A stretch of 64,000 nt of DNA. Source: Raillietiella orientalis. Taxonomy: Eukaryota. This document shows, piece by piece, positions 24,210 through 37,228 of the stretch; the stretch's first letter is position 1; each line of letters starts with the position of its first letter. The position numbers and the translations under genes were made by a program. The DNA is taken from positions 744,001 to 808,000 of the forward strand of contig JAYWIR010000017.1 in assembly GCA_036172245.1 (NCBI GenBank), given 5' to 3'. Under the pieces are notes generated by a model. It ran no database searches. It was given only the letters and a program-made list of their open reading frames with translations, and was not told the DNA's origin.

Positions 24210-27200
24210 TCATGACTGTAATTGGTCTAACCGAAAATTGTCTTCTGTGGCAGCATCAGTGATGCAACCCAAGTCATCTGCTAACAATTGAAGATCAATA
24301 GGGTCTAGTCCCATCTTAAGAGTGTCTTCTGTAAAAAGGTCAGGGTCAAAGGATGCTAAAGGGTGTGAGTAGTCTTCAGAAAGAGTGATAAACAACTGGG
24401 CAACATGGCTACCTGACACCATGATGTTTGGCACACTAGACGGAGTTTGTATTCCTCCATTGTTGTCACTGGTAAGAATATTGCCCTGCAACAGCAACTC
24501 AGATAAGAAACCTGTTGGAGGTAGAGACATAGGGTAATCACAGATGTGCCATGAATCATCTTCCTGTGGAGTGGATGGACTATGAGGGGCAGATCGTGTT
24601 GTCCCAGGATAGGAATGCTGTAAGAGCATCACATGATGGACCACTAGGTTTGGAACTCACCTGCAGTGATCCTAGTCGTAGACTCTGCAGCCGTCCTGGT
24701 AACTCAGGGTCAGAATGCTACAAGACACATGCTGAAAAATGTTTGTTCCTTTGCTAACTTACTTACCCCCACACCTCCCTTGTAAAGAAGATACCATTTT
24801 CTGTCCCCCCCAAGCCCTCCCCTTCGCCCTCAATTGGGTAGCCCATTCCCAGAGGCAGCGATGGGGAGGGCTGATGAAACAACACAACACAGAAAGCAAT
24901 ACAAAGGAGACAATGATTACCTTGGGGGGTTGAGGAACAGATGACCCTAGGAAAGATGAGGTCACCTCTGCTGCAGGATGGAATGTGGGTGATGCCTGGC
25001 ATTGTGATGTAGGGTAAAGCGACCTTGCAAACTGAAAAGAAACCTACAAGGTGACTCACATGAATGGGGATAGTTTGTTATCTCACCATTCTACACGAAT
25101 CATCCACTTCAAAAGGTGGGCATGGTGGGGATTGGAACCGCAGATTGGCCAAGTCAGGAAGCGACCCTCTACTGGCCTCTGTGTCTAGCAAGGCTGAGCT
25201 GAACGTACTGGCAACACTGACTAGCAGCTGGAACCTGCACTCAACAAGACAACTTACTGGCAGGCAGATGGGACGGTGCCGGGAATGGGAGAGCAGGCAC
25301 TAAACACTGACAAAAAATGACTGATGCTATTTCCAAATTCTACTCACCTTTATGGCACTCATTATGTTCTGGACTGGTTCCTAATGTCTGATTGATGGCT
25401 GAATCTGAATTGGCCCTACGCCAAGTGCTTTCTTCCATAGGAGGACACAGGTAATGGCCATAAGGTGATGTATCAGGTCTCCTACAACGTCCACTGATGG
25501 ATGTAGGGACTGTGGGGCCCAGGCTACGGCAGCGCTCTCGGCATGTTTGCTTCCCTTGCTGCATGTCAGCCAATGCATTGAGTGCTGACTGGAAGGCAGG
25601 GGTAATGCAGCCACGGTGAGACTTTGAGAGGAGTAGAGAGGCATGTGGGAGTAAGGAGCAAGGGAGGCATCCATAACCACAGGGAAGGTATGGTCTTCCC
25701 CAAGTCCAAGAAACAGGGTTGGGAAGTTTGCATTAGGCTTCTGGAGAGGTCAGCCCCAGAGCCAATTAAAGTGTACTCACGGGTAGGTCAATGCCTGAGC
25801 TTCTGGTCATCTGATTCACATTAGGCAAAGATCCTCCTCTGTACTGCCCATGGTTCATTCTCAATGCAGGCTTCTAAGTGAAACAGAAACAACTGATTTG
25901 TATAAGGTTTACTCTTACTTTGTTCCCAGTAGATTATCAACATTCATGTGAAAATTTTTTCCAAATATCTTTTATAATTCAAAAGAATAAATACAAATGC
26001 ATTCTTGCAACATTTAGTATTAAATCCTCATGCTTTAAAACCAAGTTGTAAATATGAGAGAGAGTGTGTTAGAATTGCTTATGTTTTTCTCCAAATTATT
26101 TGATAGCATTATTAATTTCAATACTTTCTTAATGTGACCCCATTCTAAGCATTCATTTTAAGACAGGTCTCTTGAGTGAGCAAGATCGCATGAACTTCAA
26201 CAAACTTACTTCCATATCAAAAGAATATGCTACTAGCCACTGCTAAACATTTTTATCAACCTTGAAATTTGTTAAGGGACATCACTCTATGGAAAATTCT
26301 ACAATGTATTTGATTTTACTACCAAGAGCAACAACAAAAAATTAAGTAAACATCAATCTCTTTTTCAACCTAAAAATTCCAGTTTGTCCATGAAATGCTT
26401 TGTTTTCTTTGCATTAACCAAGCAATAGTAGACAAGCAATTAGATCTCCAAAGCAAATCCAACCAAAGATGTTTGTTTACCAAATAAAACCATTTAATTC
26501 TTAAACCACTATGTGTATTTAGTATGTATGGTTTCTCAAGAAATTAAATTCACAATGACTGCAGCATGAATATGTTATGCAAAGAATAGCATGGAAAACA
26601 GATCTTCATTTGAGTTCCTTACTGTTACAGTTGTCAGTTTAAAACATGTATCAATTGTCATGGATTAAAATGAAAGTTCTATGAAAATGATGCAAAGATT
26701 TTACTATGTGAATTTTTCAATATCGGAATTCTTTGTAAGAAACTAAAGTTTTGGAAACTTGAGGATGCTTACCTGAAGGTGATTTAACATTCCAAATGCA
26801 TTACAACAAAAAATTTTATTTATACAAGAGGACTAATAAACGTTTTTTCTTCACAATATGAGTCTCATTATATACCAATAAAGGAATTCTAATTTTCACT
26901 AAATAATTTTCTAATGCCACTCTAATATACAAATTCTTTATATACTGCTCCAAGAATTATCTATGTACTATTATTTAACAATATACTTGACTTGTTGAAA
27001 TACATATCTGGTAGTTTAAGGCAATCTGCTTTGCTACTGCAATACTAAATTTCATGACCATTAATGACACATTTCATGACACAATTCTGAAATTCCTTAG
27101 CAGCTGGAAAAAACAATTATCTTACAAAATAATTTCAAATTAATGATCTACAGTGAATATATGTACTAGATAAGCTCTTAACAACACAAAATGGCTTTTC

Positions 27201-27600
27201 ATTGGAACGAAGGCAAGGCTAATTATTTTCAAATACAAAGTACACCTTAGGGAGCACTGAAGATATACATTGCGAGAATTACGTGGTAGCGGTTAAAAAT
27301 GCTAAGATGGTAAACAGTGCGCAACTCCCGTAATATTTATTGTAAAGATAAACTCATTAACACCATTTAACTTATTAAAGATTCTTATTCTACGTATGGA
27401 AATTAAAACAGCAATGTGAAAACTGAACAGAACAGTGCAGCTAATGTTTTGGTTTTCTTGGATTTCTATCACACAAAGATATGTCTTACCTTCGTCGCTA
27501 TGGTGACTTCTTCTATTATCTTTTCGAAAGCTGCATTACCTTCTGCTTGTTTTTGATTATGCAAAGCTATCTTCTCACTGAATTTTCTTGGTGACGCCAT
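24210..27600 (-). CDS. CRTC: CREB-regulated transcription coactivator (TORC/CRTC), about 432 aa
   Basis: TORC_N PRKFSEKIALHNQKQAE; YRGGSLPNVNQ; SPYGHYLCPP..WRRANSDSA (SIK/AMPK-type site); GSLPDLANL; TORC_C ITDAATEDNFRLDQL. Exons 27490-27600, 25781-25873, 25348-25588, 25258-25306, 25087-25207, 24921-25043, 24775-24870, 24661-24717, 24210-24617. Central exons are less certain; in-frame upstream ATGs at 27618 and 27621. Confidence 0.9.
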
Positions 27601-29399
27601 GTTAGATGCATTTTGCATCATAATATGCTGGTTTCCGAAATATGAAACATAATTCAAAGAACACTTTGCTGCAGTTTAATGAATCACATGGTCAATTTCC
27701 TTGTTCTTTCATGAGATGCAGCCAGCATGCACCACATAATGGATTTTTGTTACATACGCATCACTACGAACCATACGGCGCCGATGTGACAAAAACAAAC
27801 ATACACGTTCAGGAATGGACAAATGAAAACAATGCACGCATCAAAACGAATACGATGAAAATCATCTTCAAACTACAACTGAGCCCTGTACATTCTACAA
27901 TTTTCTGGAGTAATGCTGTCTTTGTTGATGGGATTTGGATATTGCACGGAGATAACGCACATACGTTCCGAATACGATTCTTCGAATGGGATAGCAGGTA
28001 GATTAAATTTGTCTTCGGAAAAATACGGATAGGAATGCGCAGTATCATCAAATTATTACAAATTGAGAGTTGCTTAATAGCTTCAAGTTCTAAGGAAAGA
28101 GGGACACAGTATGCATTAATTAATTATTTCTAAGGGCATATGGAAGATACACGAAAACTAAGAAAATGCATACAGGCCGCCTTCTACGTGTTTACAAATA
28201 CGAATTTATGCCCGACAAAAACAGCGACAACTTGAATTCAGTCGAAAATCCACTACTTCCACGGGTGTTGCAAAGGACGCTCGAGAAAAAAGAATTGGTT
28301 CCGAGTCCGGAAGATGAACCAGGAAAATCTAGTAGACGTGAAAAAAGTGAATGTCAGTAGCCAGAATTTTTCATTCATTAATATCCCTGCAAATAAATTT
28401 TCAAAATTTTTTTGGAGTGATATTCGTATTAGTTGGTATTTGTTCAAAAGTTCCCATCATATAATTTGCATTATATCATGTTACCCTTTCTAGTATAGTG
28501 TCTCTCAAGAAATAGTTTAGAAAGAGGTAAATAACAAATCGAGTGGCAATTGCATTTGTAGATGGCATCGTTCCTCCTCTATGAATTTCCACTGCATTGG
28601 CAATTGCATGCTCACTTGTTCAATAAAATGGTCTTGTTTTTAAAATCCGTGAAGGCTAGGAGAATGAAACTGCTGAAGAGTGAGTCGAAAGGAGATGAAA
28701 AAGTTCATGAAAATTTTTGATACATGAAACGAATCTACTATTGTCATTTTGTTGATGTTATCTCTCCATGAAATTAGCCAACATCAAAATGGGAGGAAAC
28801 AAAGCTCAATCCTCAATGATGAAATAACACCAGGAAAAAAAAAAGAAAAAAGGATTCAAAATCTTCAAGGGGCACTGCACCAGCGAATTCTATCAAAATC
28901 TTGCTTCTAGAATAAGAAAACACGCCGTTTCCTATATAGCAACTGAGATTTCAAATCATACGGAACGCGCAACAGTGTGCACTTGACAGTTTCAAGAACT
29001 TCTTAGGTTTGCCTTGCTTTGCCTTAGTAATTTCATGCCTCCTCATGATGCTCGATGGCAAAGAACGAACGAAAACTTTCGTGATGCAAATATTGCAACA
29101 TTCAACACAAGAAATGCCGTGAACTTCCTTGACAGGTTACATATGGCTCAACAGAAATATTCCTCAACAGAAATATCATTAATATCAATATCATCATGAA
29201 CACAAAAAGACATTTTTGTTTTCATATGCTATTCTTTTACGGCATTCACCTTCAAAACCCTTTAAACCTTCGTGTGTGTGTGGGTTTTCGGATATCAGTT
29301 TCGTCCGCATTTAATCTTTGATGATGCAGGTGTCAGATCCCTATTTTTACTCAGGAAATTTGGACAACATTCCAGTGCTTTCTCTTCCCTTCATTCAGA

Positions 29400-32300
29400 C
29401 TTCAGTAGCTATGTTCCAATCTAGGAATTCCTAGATGGCATGTAAAAAAAATATGATTTTCCAACGCTTTGATTTCCCAAGGACTTGAGGATGCTCAAGA
29501 AAACCTCAGCCATCCATACTCTCTAAAATCTTGTATGCTTTGAATCGTCCATGAGTCAGAGACACAGCCGATGTTCCACTTCTGTTTCAGTGCCTGAAGA
29601 GAGAGACAGCAGATGTTAGCTTTCCCATCAGGACGCATGAGCTCTTGAAGGGTAGAATAAAGTCGATCGACCTCACAGGACATCAGGAGGGTATGAAGCT
29701 AGCCACTACACTGGAAACCTTTCTTTGCATTAGTTCTGATACAGCATTAAGAACTTCGTGTGTTGTTTCCTTTCTTTCTTTCCTTATTTTTACCTACTTA
29801 CCTTGCCGCAGCTTCCAGGACATCAGGTAAGGAGCTCATCGTGTGTATTTCTCCAAAGATAAGAAGGCAGAAAGAGGTCACGATTACTCCAAGCAGTCGA
29901 GAGCATCTCCCCTTCCCCTTCTGAAAATGTCAGGTGGTGGAGAGGGAAGTGCTAGTGGAGAGCGCAGGCAGCTAGTCATGGCAAAGAAGTCTACCCTGCC
30001 TACAGTACTTGGAAGAACCACCAGGAGAAGAGACGATTTACTCAGACATAGCAAGAAATTCCATTCTAGGTCCAGGATCCCAGGATTCTCAGAGACCCGC
30101 TCCGTTTTGGACAGAAATGGATATTTGCTTGGAGACCATTTCTTTCCGTGGCACGTGTCCTTCCTCCGTTTTTGGATTATTTGTGGATGAACATCTTCCC
30201 CCTCAGAGATACCTCGGAGATCTTCCCAGGAATCTGCCCAGAAGGTTCTTGGAGTCACATCAGTGGGGATGAGAAAGGGCGGTGAACTACTCTGGAGTAC
30301 CGGAAGTCCAAACCCATGAAGAATAGCCATTCATGGGTGCAATGACGTTATGAAACGTCCGTCCGTTTCGAAGAGAGATAGAGGTCAGAGTACAGGGAAG
30401 ACATCAGTACACCAGGTCAAGGCAGCTTCCGTCACATCTATAGCCTCAAAAGTGGGGAATATAAGGGAGACTAAGAGAGGGTCCATGATCTATTTCTGGA
30501 ATCTCAAGGAGCTATTGCTCAGTAGAGACGACAGGAGGAAAATTGGGGTCCAGGAAAGACGCAGGATGGAGCACGGAATGTGCTTTTTATCCGTTTAGGC
30601 TTCAAAGGGGTGCAAGGGGAGGGAAGGGGATGAGGGTTGGAAAACAGAAGCGAAATCACGTGAGGCTGAGTACCAGGAGAGCCCTCAAGGAGGAGAGGGG
30701 AAGGTGAAGGAAAGCTTCAGAAGGAAATTTCGGGAGCGGGAAGGTAACGTTAGTCGTGCACTGATGGAGGAGTGAAGGGGTTGCGTGTTTCTGGGAGAAC
30801 AACGAGGATTAAGATTCCAGGTATTGCCTCTAAAGGGCAAGGCGATCCCTGGTGACCAAAGGCAAAAGATAGGGGAAAGAGAGACAATGTGTTTCTCTGT
30901 ATCAATCCAAAGCACGTGCACACGTAGGGGAGAAGTCACCATTCTCCAGCAGAAAAGTCCCTGTTCTGGTCAATGTATGGATCAAAGATGAGGAGGTTAC
31001 CTTGACGACCAGTCTCAGCAGGCGGACCATTGCAACCTCCCCCACGAGTCATTTCTAAAGTTTAGATATTTGGAAGGCAGTACCCTGGAAAGATGAAGGG
31101 AAAGAGAGGACAAATTCCCCTTCCCGAAAGATGCTCCTCGTGGGAGGTAATCGCAGACACTCTGCTCCTAGGAGGGGAACGGCAGCAAGGAGCGAGGATG
31201 CGACGGTTCTGGTCCGGGGATCTTTTCCACCTCTTCTTCTCACCCAGATCCCTGGGTTGCCGCGGCTGTTGTCTGTGACGTCGTCGTCTCTCGGGGCTGT
31301 CGCGATTCCCTCTGGCGCTGCTGGCTGTTGAGTCGGGCATCTTGGGACTCAGCGCACTTTCCGAGAGGATCTCCCGACTTTCTCCTCCAGCATGTCTGTG
31401 TGCCTGCGTGGGAAGATGGGAAAGCAAGAGAAGAGGATTAGGGGTGCGGGGAGGGTGGAGGCAAAGGAAGAAGTCTCGAAAACCTCATTCGCTTGGGAAG
31501 GAGAGCTGACGTCGTGCCGTCTCGGAGGAGTCCTGTCTAGAGCTTCCGTTTTTAGATTATTCTGAACCAAACTCTGAGTGGGTCAAGGGACCTTGCTGGC
31601 ACTCCTGAGGAAGCAGGAAGGGGAGGGAGGACGATGCAGACCCGTCTTTCGCCCGCGTATGAGGTTTCTCTCCGGGTGGGGATGCTTTTCGCTGGAGCTC
31701 TTTGAGAGGAGAGGGAGTCGCAGCAAAAGGGAAGGCTGCTCACCAGGAGCAAGTGGCAGTGGATGGGGAGGGAAAACAGGTGGGTCTTGCTCCGCTTTTC
31801 CAGAGGGACCGTCACAAGTCTTGAGACCGAGAGCAGCGTCTTCACCTCAGCCAATCTGCATCTCCCTACACCACGAAAGAGTTCGAACTCCTAGGACCTG
31901 GGTGAGAGCTTTGCCGACCTTGAAAAGCGTCAAAGTCAGCCCTGTTGGCCTGCTCTGGAAGCCGTCTCGCGGAAGCGATGGAGACATCGGACGCGGGAAA
32001 CAGGGCGGTGGCAGGAGCGCCCGCAGGGACGCCGCCAGCTAAAGCAGAGAGACCTTGCATCCTTCCTGATCATGGAGAAAGAGAGAAGAGTAGGGGAAGG
32101 AGGCGGCACTGGCTCAGCCTCAGCGATCGCTTGAGGAAGCTTTCGAGTACTCTGGAGGTTTCCCTGTTTAGACTGAGAAGATAATGGCGAAGGCAGGATG
32201 CGGAAGGCATGGAAACGGACACGGTCTGCAAGCACAAATGCGCTATCCGCTGCTTGCGTTCCTGTGCAAAGCAGAAGGCGATAGGCATGCACAGGAGAAA

Positions 32301-33960
32301 GAGGAGGACTCATGAATCTATCCCTGTCTCTAGAAGTGGATTACTGTGCATCCTTCCTCTGCAGGAGACCTCTGGTACCCCTCTTCCTTCCAAGCCTCCT
32401 CCATGAGGCTTCTTTCCACACCCTATCCTTGTCCCTGTGTACAAGTCCCAGTTTGCTTCCCCTGCCCCTCTCTGCAGCTCCCCCCATTCCCCATGGGTTC
32501 GCGAGACACGAAAAAGGCGTCAGAAAGCAATGTGGGCACTGGTGATCCGACAAGATCATCCAGGTGACTCCAATTCTTATGCTCCTTTTCCGCAGCCGAG
32601 CCAGCTCATCGGCCTTCCTTCACTTCAACTGCCCTGACCCCTCATTGTCTGACCTCTTTCCGAGTGTGAGGGGTCCCGAGCACTCGAAAGGACGTGCTTC
32701 GTGAAGGGACCTTCCTGAAGAGAGAACGAAAAGAAGTAGGAAGCAGAGAGATCCAGATCTCATCCCAGGGACTGAGTTGTCGTCCACCCTTCTACCCTTC
32801 TCTCTCAATCCAACATCCAGAAGGACGAGAGCTCTTTTCGCTACGGCCCGGAAAAGTTCGGAGACGCTGAAAGAAGTTCCCCCCAGACCGGGAGCTGCTG
32901 GTCTTCCAGCCCGCTATTGACCTGTTGCTGCGCAAGTACCGAGAGAGTAGTGGTATCCCTGCGAGCAACTCGTGGAAATGTTTCTGGGATCTCTCCTGAG
33001 GACCTTCTCCTGGAGAGCACTGCCGGCAGGGGAATTCGAGGCGGGCGGCCTTGCGCAGTTTCTCTCGAGACGGCGCCGCACGGCGGGAATAGCGCGAAGT
33101 CGTCGTGAGCGCACTCCAAGGCCAAGGAGACAGAAAGCTGCGACGTCCGACTAAAGCAGGACCATCCACCGCTTTCCCGGTCCCGGGAAGAACCGAAGCT
33201 ACAAGGGGAAGGCGAGGAGCGCCCCGGGGTCACTTCAGTGAGTACTTGCAAGGAGCAAGTGCCCTTCGCCGGAGACAACGCTCGTTCCGCGGCAAAAATT
33301 CCGCCGAAAGTGAAAACCAGCTGGGTACCATCGCCGGGGAGATGTTGCACCGAGATTCTGATGTTGGCGATATCGCTTCCCTGCCATGTGCCAACTGATG
33401 GCGGATCGACATGGATGCTTCGAGGGATCCAGGAGGAAAAGGATGGAGGGAAGCGAACGGGACATCAAGGGTTGTTTGCTTGCTGAAGAATCACGGGGCG
33501 AACGGCGACAAAAAGGAGAGCAGGTGGAGAGAGGTGCTTCGACCCGCTCTCCTGGACTTCCAGCTGCACGAGCGCAGCTCAGCTGCGCACCGCTGAAGAG
33601 CCTTTTCTCTTCTTGCTGCTCCCTTCCTCCAATCCGTAGGAGGAGGAGGAGCGCAACACCTACACTTCCGCCGCCGTCCGCTCCGCGCACCCGCGCGCGT
33701 GCCGCGTCCGCGTGTGCATGCGGAGCCAAGAAGACGGTGGTGATGGATACGTGCAGCCGCGGCACTGCATGCCGATCGCAGCGCGCCTCCCATGCACTGT
33801 GAGAACAGCAGGCGCCTTCGCCGCCCTCCGGTGCCACTGCTGCTTGCTGCCGCTGCTGCTGTGGAGTTTCCGTGTGGGAAGAGCCGAGAGAGAATTTTCC
33901 GGGTGGGTTGTTGGCGTTTCGTCCAAGATGCTTTTTCACTGGTAGAAGGATCCGATGCAT
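29400..33960 (-). mobile_element. Decayed NeSL/Utopia-like non-LTR retrotransposon, 5' half (GC-rich 5' region, zinc-finger remnants, start of RT)
   Basis: Zinc-finger-like remnants ICPL (about 31110) and YVCTC (about 30920); DRLYSTLQELMRPDGKANICC..GCVSDSW at 29495-29683 resembles DRLTY..DP.GK..NICL..VP.SW of RLE-clade RT. Many stops and frameshifts; boundaries approximate. Confidence 0.55.
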
Positions 33961-34761
33961 GAGAAAGGTTCTTTTTTTCTTTTCCTTTTTTCATCTCTCT
34001 CTCTCTCCCCCTCTCGTTTTTTCCTCGTCTTTTTTTTCCTTTTAACTTGGAATTTCCCAGCTCATCGGGAAAAGCAGCTGTTGGATTCTCAGAAGCGTAC
34101 AGATTGGCAGGGAGGGAAGAAAAAGGAAATCCGCGTAAGGCGCGCTGCTAGAAACGAAGTCTTGAAATTCACCTTACTCCAGATAACGATCTCTGAGTAC
34201 GAAGAAATAAATCGCTGAAGCGATTAGAGCGTTTCTTACAGTGGTTTCCTTGCGTTGATGTCGCAATGTATCCGACGGAAACTTCTCCCCACTCACCCGA
34301 AAATCAATTCCTGATTCTGAGATAACTTTCTGTTGGAAATAAGATGGCTTCCGCAGGCAGAAATTGAATTCATCGATTGAAGAATCCTCCGCATTTCAGC
34401 GATGAAGTATGCTGGTCGTCTGCATGCGATTTTAAAGATGTCAAGTGTGCTATAATTATATATGGCACACTTCAAAAGCTTCGGATGCTGCACGCGAGAG
34501 TTCGTGCTACGATGGCAGATGCTTCCCCTGTAAAGAACATGAAATCAAATGTCAACTGCAAAGAGGAATTTACGAACACTATTTCCAGGGTAGGCAAGTG
34601 CTTTGCAAGAAAGTAAAAATAAGTCGGCATCTCAAGATCTTAGACTTATTAAGCGCTCATCGACTTGCAGAGCGAGCCCAAATCATACCTAGCAGTGTTT
34701 CTGCTACAAACGGTTAACAGTTTGCTGTCAGCACGCGACTGTTTGCCTCGCTGCAATGGAC

Positions 34762-34795
34762 CACACACACACACACACACACACACACAAGCACG

Positions 34796-34830
<35 letters not shown>

Positions 34831-34855
34831 GCACGCACGCACACACACACACACA
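34762..34855. repeat. Compound (CA)n microsatellite with a duplicated AGCACGCACG interruption
   Basis: (CA)n-AGCACGCACG-(CA)n-AGCACGCACG-(CA)n read directly. Confidence 0.95.
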
Positions 34856-36449
34856 AATACGAGTAATCGTAATTCGTTAGATTTGTCCAAAATGTGCAAA
34901 TACGTCGCGCATTCTATAGGGAACACTGAATTAACAACTCAAAGCGGAAGCTTTCCACAATGGGGAAAGTCGAAAAGCTTTTGGCTGCAGACGCCAAATT
35001 CCGGAAACAATACCCAAAGTGATGTACGCACTGTACAAAAGTTTTAATTCCACATGCTGCAGAGCAGCTTCCCTCACCGTCCACTTTTCGCCGTTGCTTG
35101 GCAAAAGCGCAGACCGCATGGAACCCGGGTGGTCACTGTTACATGGGAGAACTTGCAATTTGAACATGCGTTGGGATTTTCCGGCACGCCTGCAGATGCT
35201 TGTGCTGATGAAAGGAAAACTTTATAAGCCGATGTCTCTCGAGATTGAATTAAAATGTTTACACTGCTCAGAACGGGTCTCGAGGTGCGGTATAGTTGCA
35301 GAAAAACTCCCCTCTTCGGAAGCTTAAAATTCTCCGACTTTCCATGCTGCTCGAAAAAATCACATCAGAATTGGACCTCGGAAGCCTTACACGACCAGAA
35401 ACGCAAGCACATTTAAGAAATCCCTTGAGAACAAGCGGATGCAATTGCGATGGTGTCTTGCAACTCGTATGCGGCTTCATATTTAGAGTGTCTCCATTGC
35501 ATACTCAGGAAACGTTCAAAAACAACTAAAACAAACGCTCAGACGGTTGCAGTGTTGTGCATCTCATGTAGCCACCTTCACGAGATCATTAATCTAGCAT
35601 CGGATAAAAGTCTTCACTCGTGAACGCAGGCAAACAAACACTGTTTTCTTTTTGAAGTATCGATTCCCTTCCTAAGTGTGCTGCATTCCTTATGTTCTCA
35701 CCTCTCCGAAAAATAAAAGGGGGGAAAGGGAAGGAACGAATAAACACATAGTACATCTTTATTGATTTGAAATCTCCGACGAAACTAGCAACTGGATAAG
35801 ATCGATCACCAGGACAAGAGGGCTGCAGTTTTTAAGCCTGCATTCTGAGAACTGTAAGGAGGAAAACCCAGGGAACACAAAAGAGCCAGGATAAATGAAA
35901 TTACTGAAAGTCAGAACCAAATCATGCATTGATTGCATTTGCTGAGTGTGATTTCAGCGAGATGCTCCTCTTCATCGAGTACCTTTCCAAAGGAGCCAAT
36001 GAGAAAATCAAATGATCTCAGCAAAAAGCCGGACATCATTAGAGGATGAAGTTGCAAGCTGTGGGATGAGTGGAAAAGGTCAGCTCATCCTTACTAATCT
36101 TTTCTCCGCATCTTCATCGGAGGCGCGAGTTTCGACAGGCTGTGACGATTACTCATCTTGAGGATTCACATGTTACCAAATCGGCAAGAACGCTGGGAAA
36201 AACGGAGGTCCCAGACTCCTACTTGTCCTCTTCGAAACGATCAATTCAGTTTCAAATATCCTTTCGAGTGCTATATTTCATAATCACGTACCATAAGACG
36301 ACAATAATGATTACTGTAACCAAAGTGGTTCATCATAATGATACTTGTGATTGCCATGCACTTGACTACAACTCTTCAATGGAAGGCACACATCAATACT
36401 TGAAGCTGTAGTCATGGTTCGGTGTAGCTATCCTGGAGATTTCCTAAAT

Positions 36450-37063
36450 GAATTGAAGGGGTGTGTGGTGGCGGCTGATCATTCATTTTAGCCACGTAAT
36501 TCCGAATTTTAACTCTTTTAGATAATTCCTCCACCAGCGACTTGGCGTTTTCCTGAAGTCTCACAGAGTGTCTCCTATCCTTTCATTCTCTCCTTTCTGA
36601 ATAGTGTGCAGACAATGAAAGTGTAGCAATGCAGTGAAGAAATCTTCAGTTCTGCACCGAGTTATTGAGAGTGTATCATTTTTTTATGACAACTTCACGG
36701 CCCTCTTCGAATCTTTCATCGGTAATGAGAGCGATGTAATATGCAAGATCCAACGACCTACAGATGCGTAAGCATTGGGAATGGTGACCACTGAAAGTTC
36801 ACGAACAATCCTTGGTACTCCAAACCCCTAGATTTCTGTAAGGATTTTCCTTTTTCCTTTTCCGGAGGAAGTGGAAGCTAAGCCAATGTTGTCTCGAGGA
36901 ATCGTTTCGCCTGCTTCCAGTCTACCCTTGCTGAATTCATCTTGTCTACTAACGCATTGCCTTTGTGGGAAATAGTTGGGAGGATTAACCAAACTGGAGA
37001 AGCCTTAGTTTTCTTTCGAAACCTCTGTTTGAGTTTATCTAATCTAATCTTTACGTCACGCAT
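36450..37063 (-). mobile_element. Possible 3' remnant of an RNase H-containing LINE
   Basis: VWLILPTISHKGNALVDKM resembles WIPSH..I.GNE.AD; a downstream ITRCRT resembles ITRLRTGH. Degenerate. Confidence 0.3.
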
Positions 37064-37195
37064 GTTTTTAATTCGTGGATTCTAGGTTAGCCCTGGTTGG
37101 TGAGCTATCAAAAGTTTCAGCGTTTTAGTGCACGAAGAGTGGCAAAAAGTAATCTTCCTCTCTTTGGCTTCATTAGTAAATTAGGTGTTTCAGAT

Positions 37196-37228
37196 CTCCG
37201 GAAGCAGAACTCCGGAAGCAGAACTCCG
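37196..37228. repeat. 14-bp tandem duplication (CTCCGGAAGCAGAA x2.4)
   Basis: ctccggaagcagaa ctccggaagcagaa ctccg. Confidence 0.85.

Noticed and set aside
28865..28986. Possible small MITE bounded by TCAAGGGGCACTG and CAGTGTGCACTTGA
   Set aside because: Inverted repeat is short and imperfect, and no second copy is seen.
31000..34000. Many overlapping 100-240 aa ORFs on both strands
   Set aside because: Expected from GC-rich, stop-poor TE sequence; low complexity with no splice-consistent gene.
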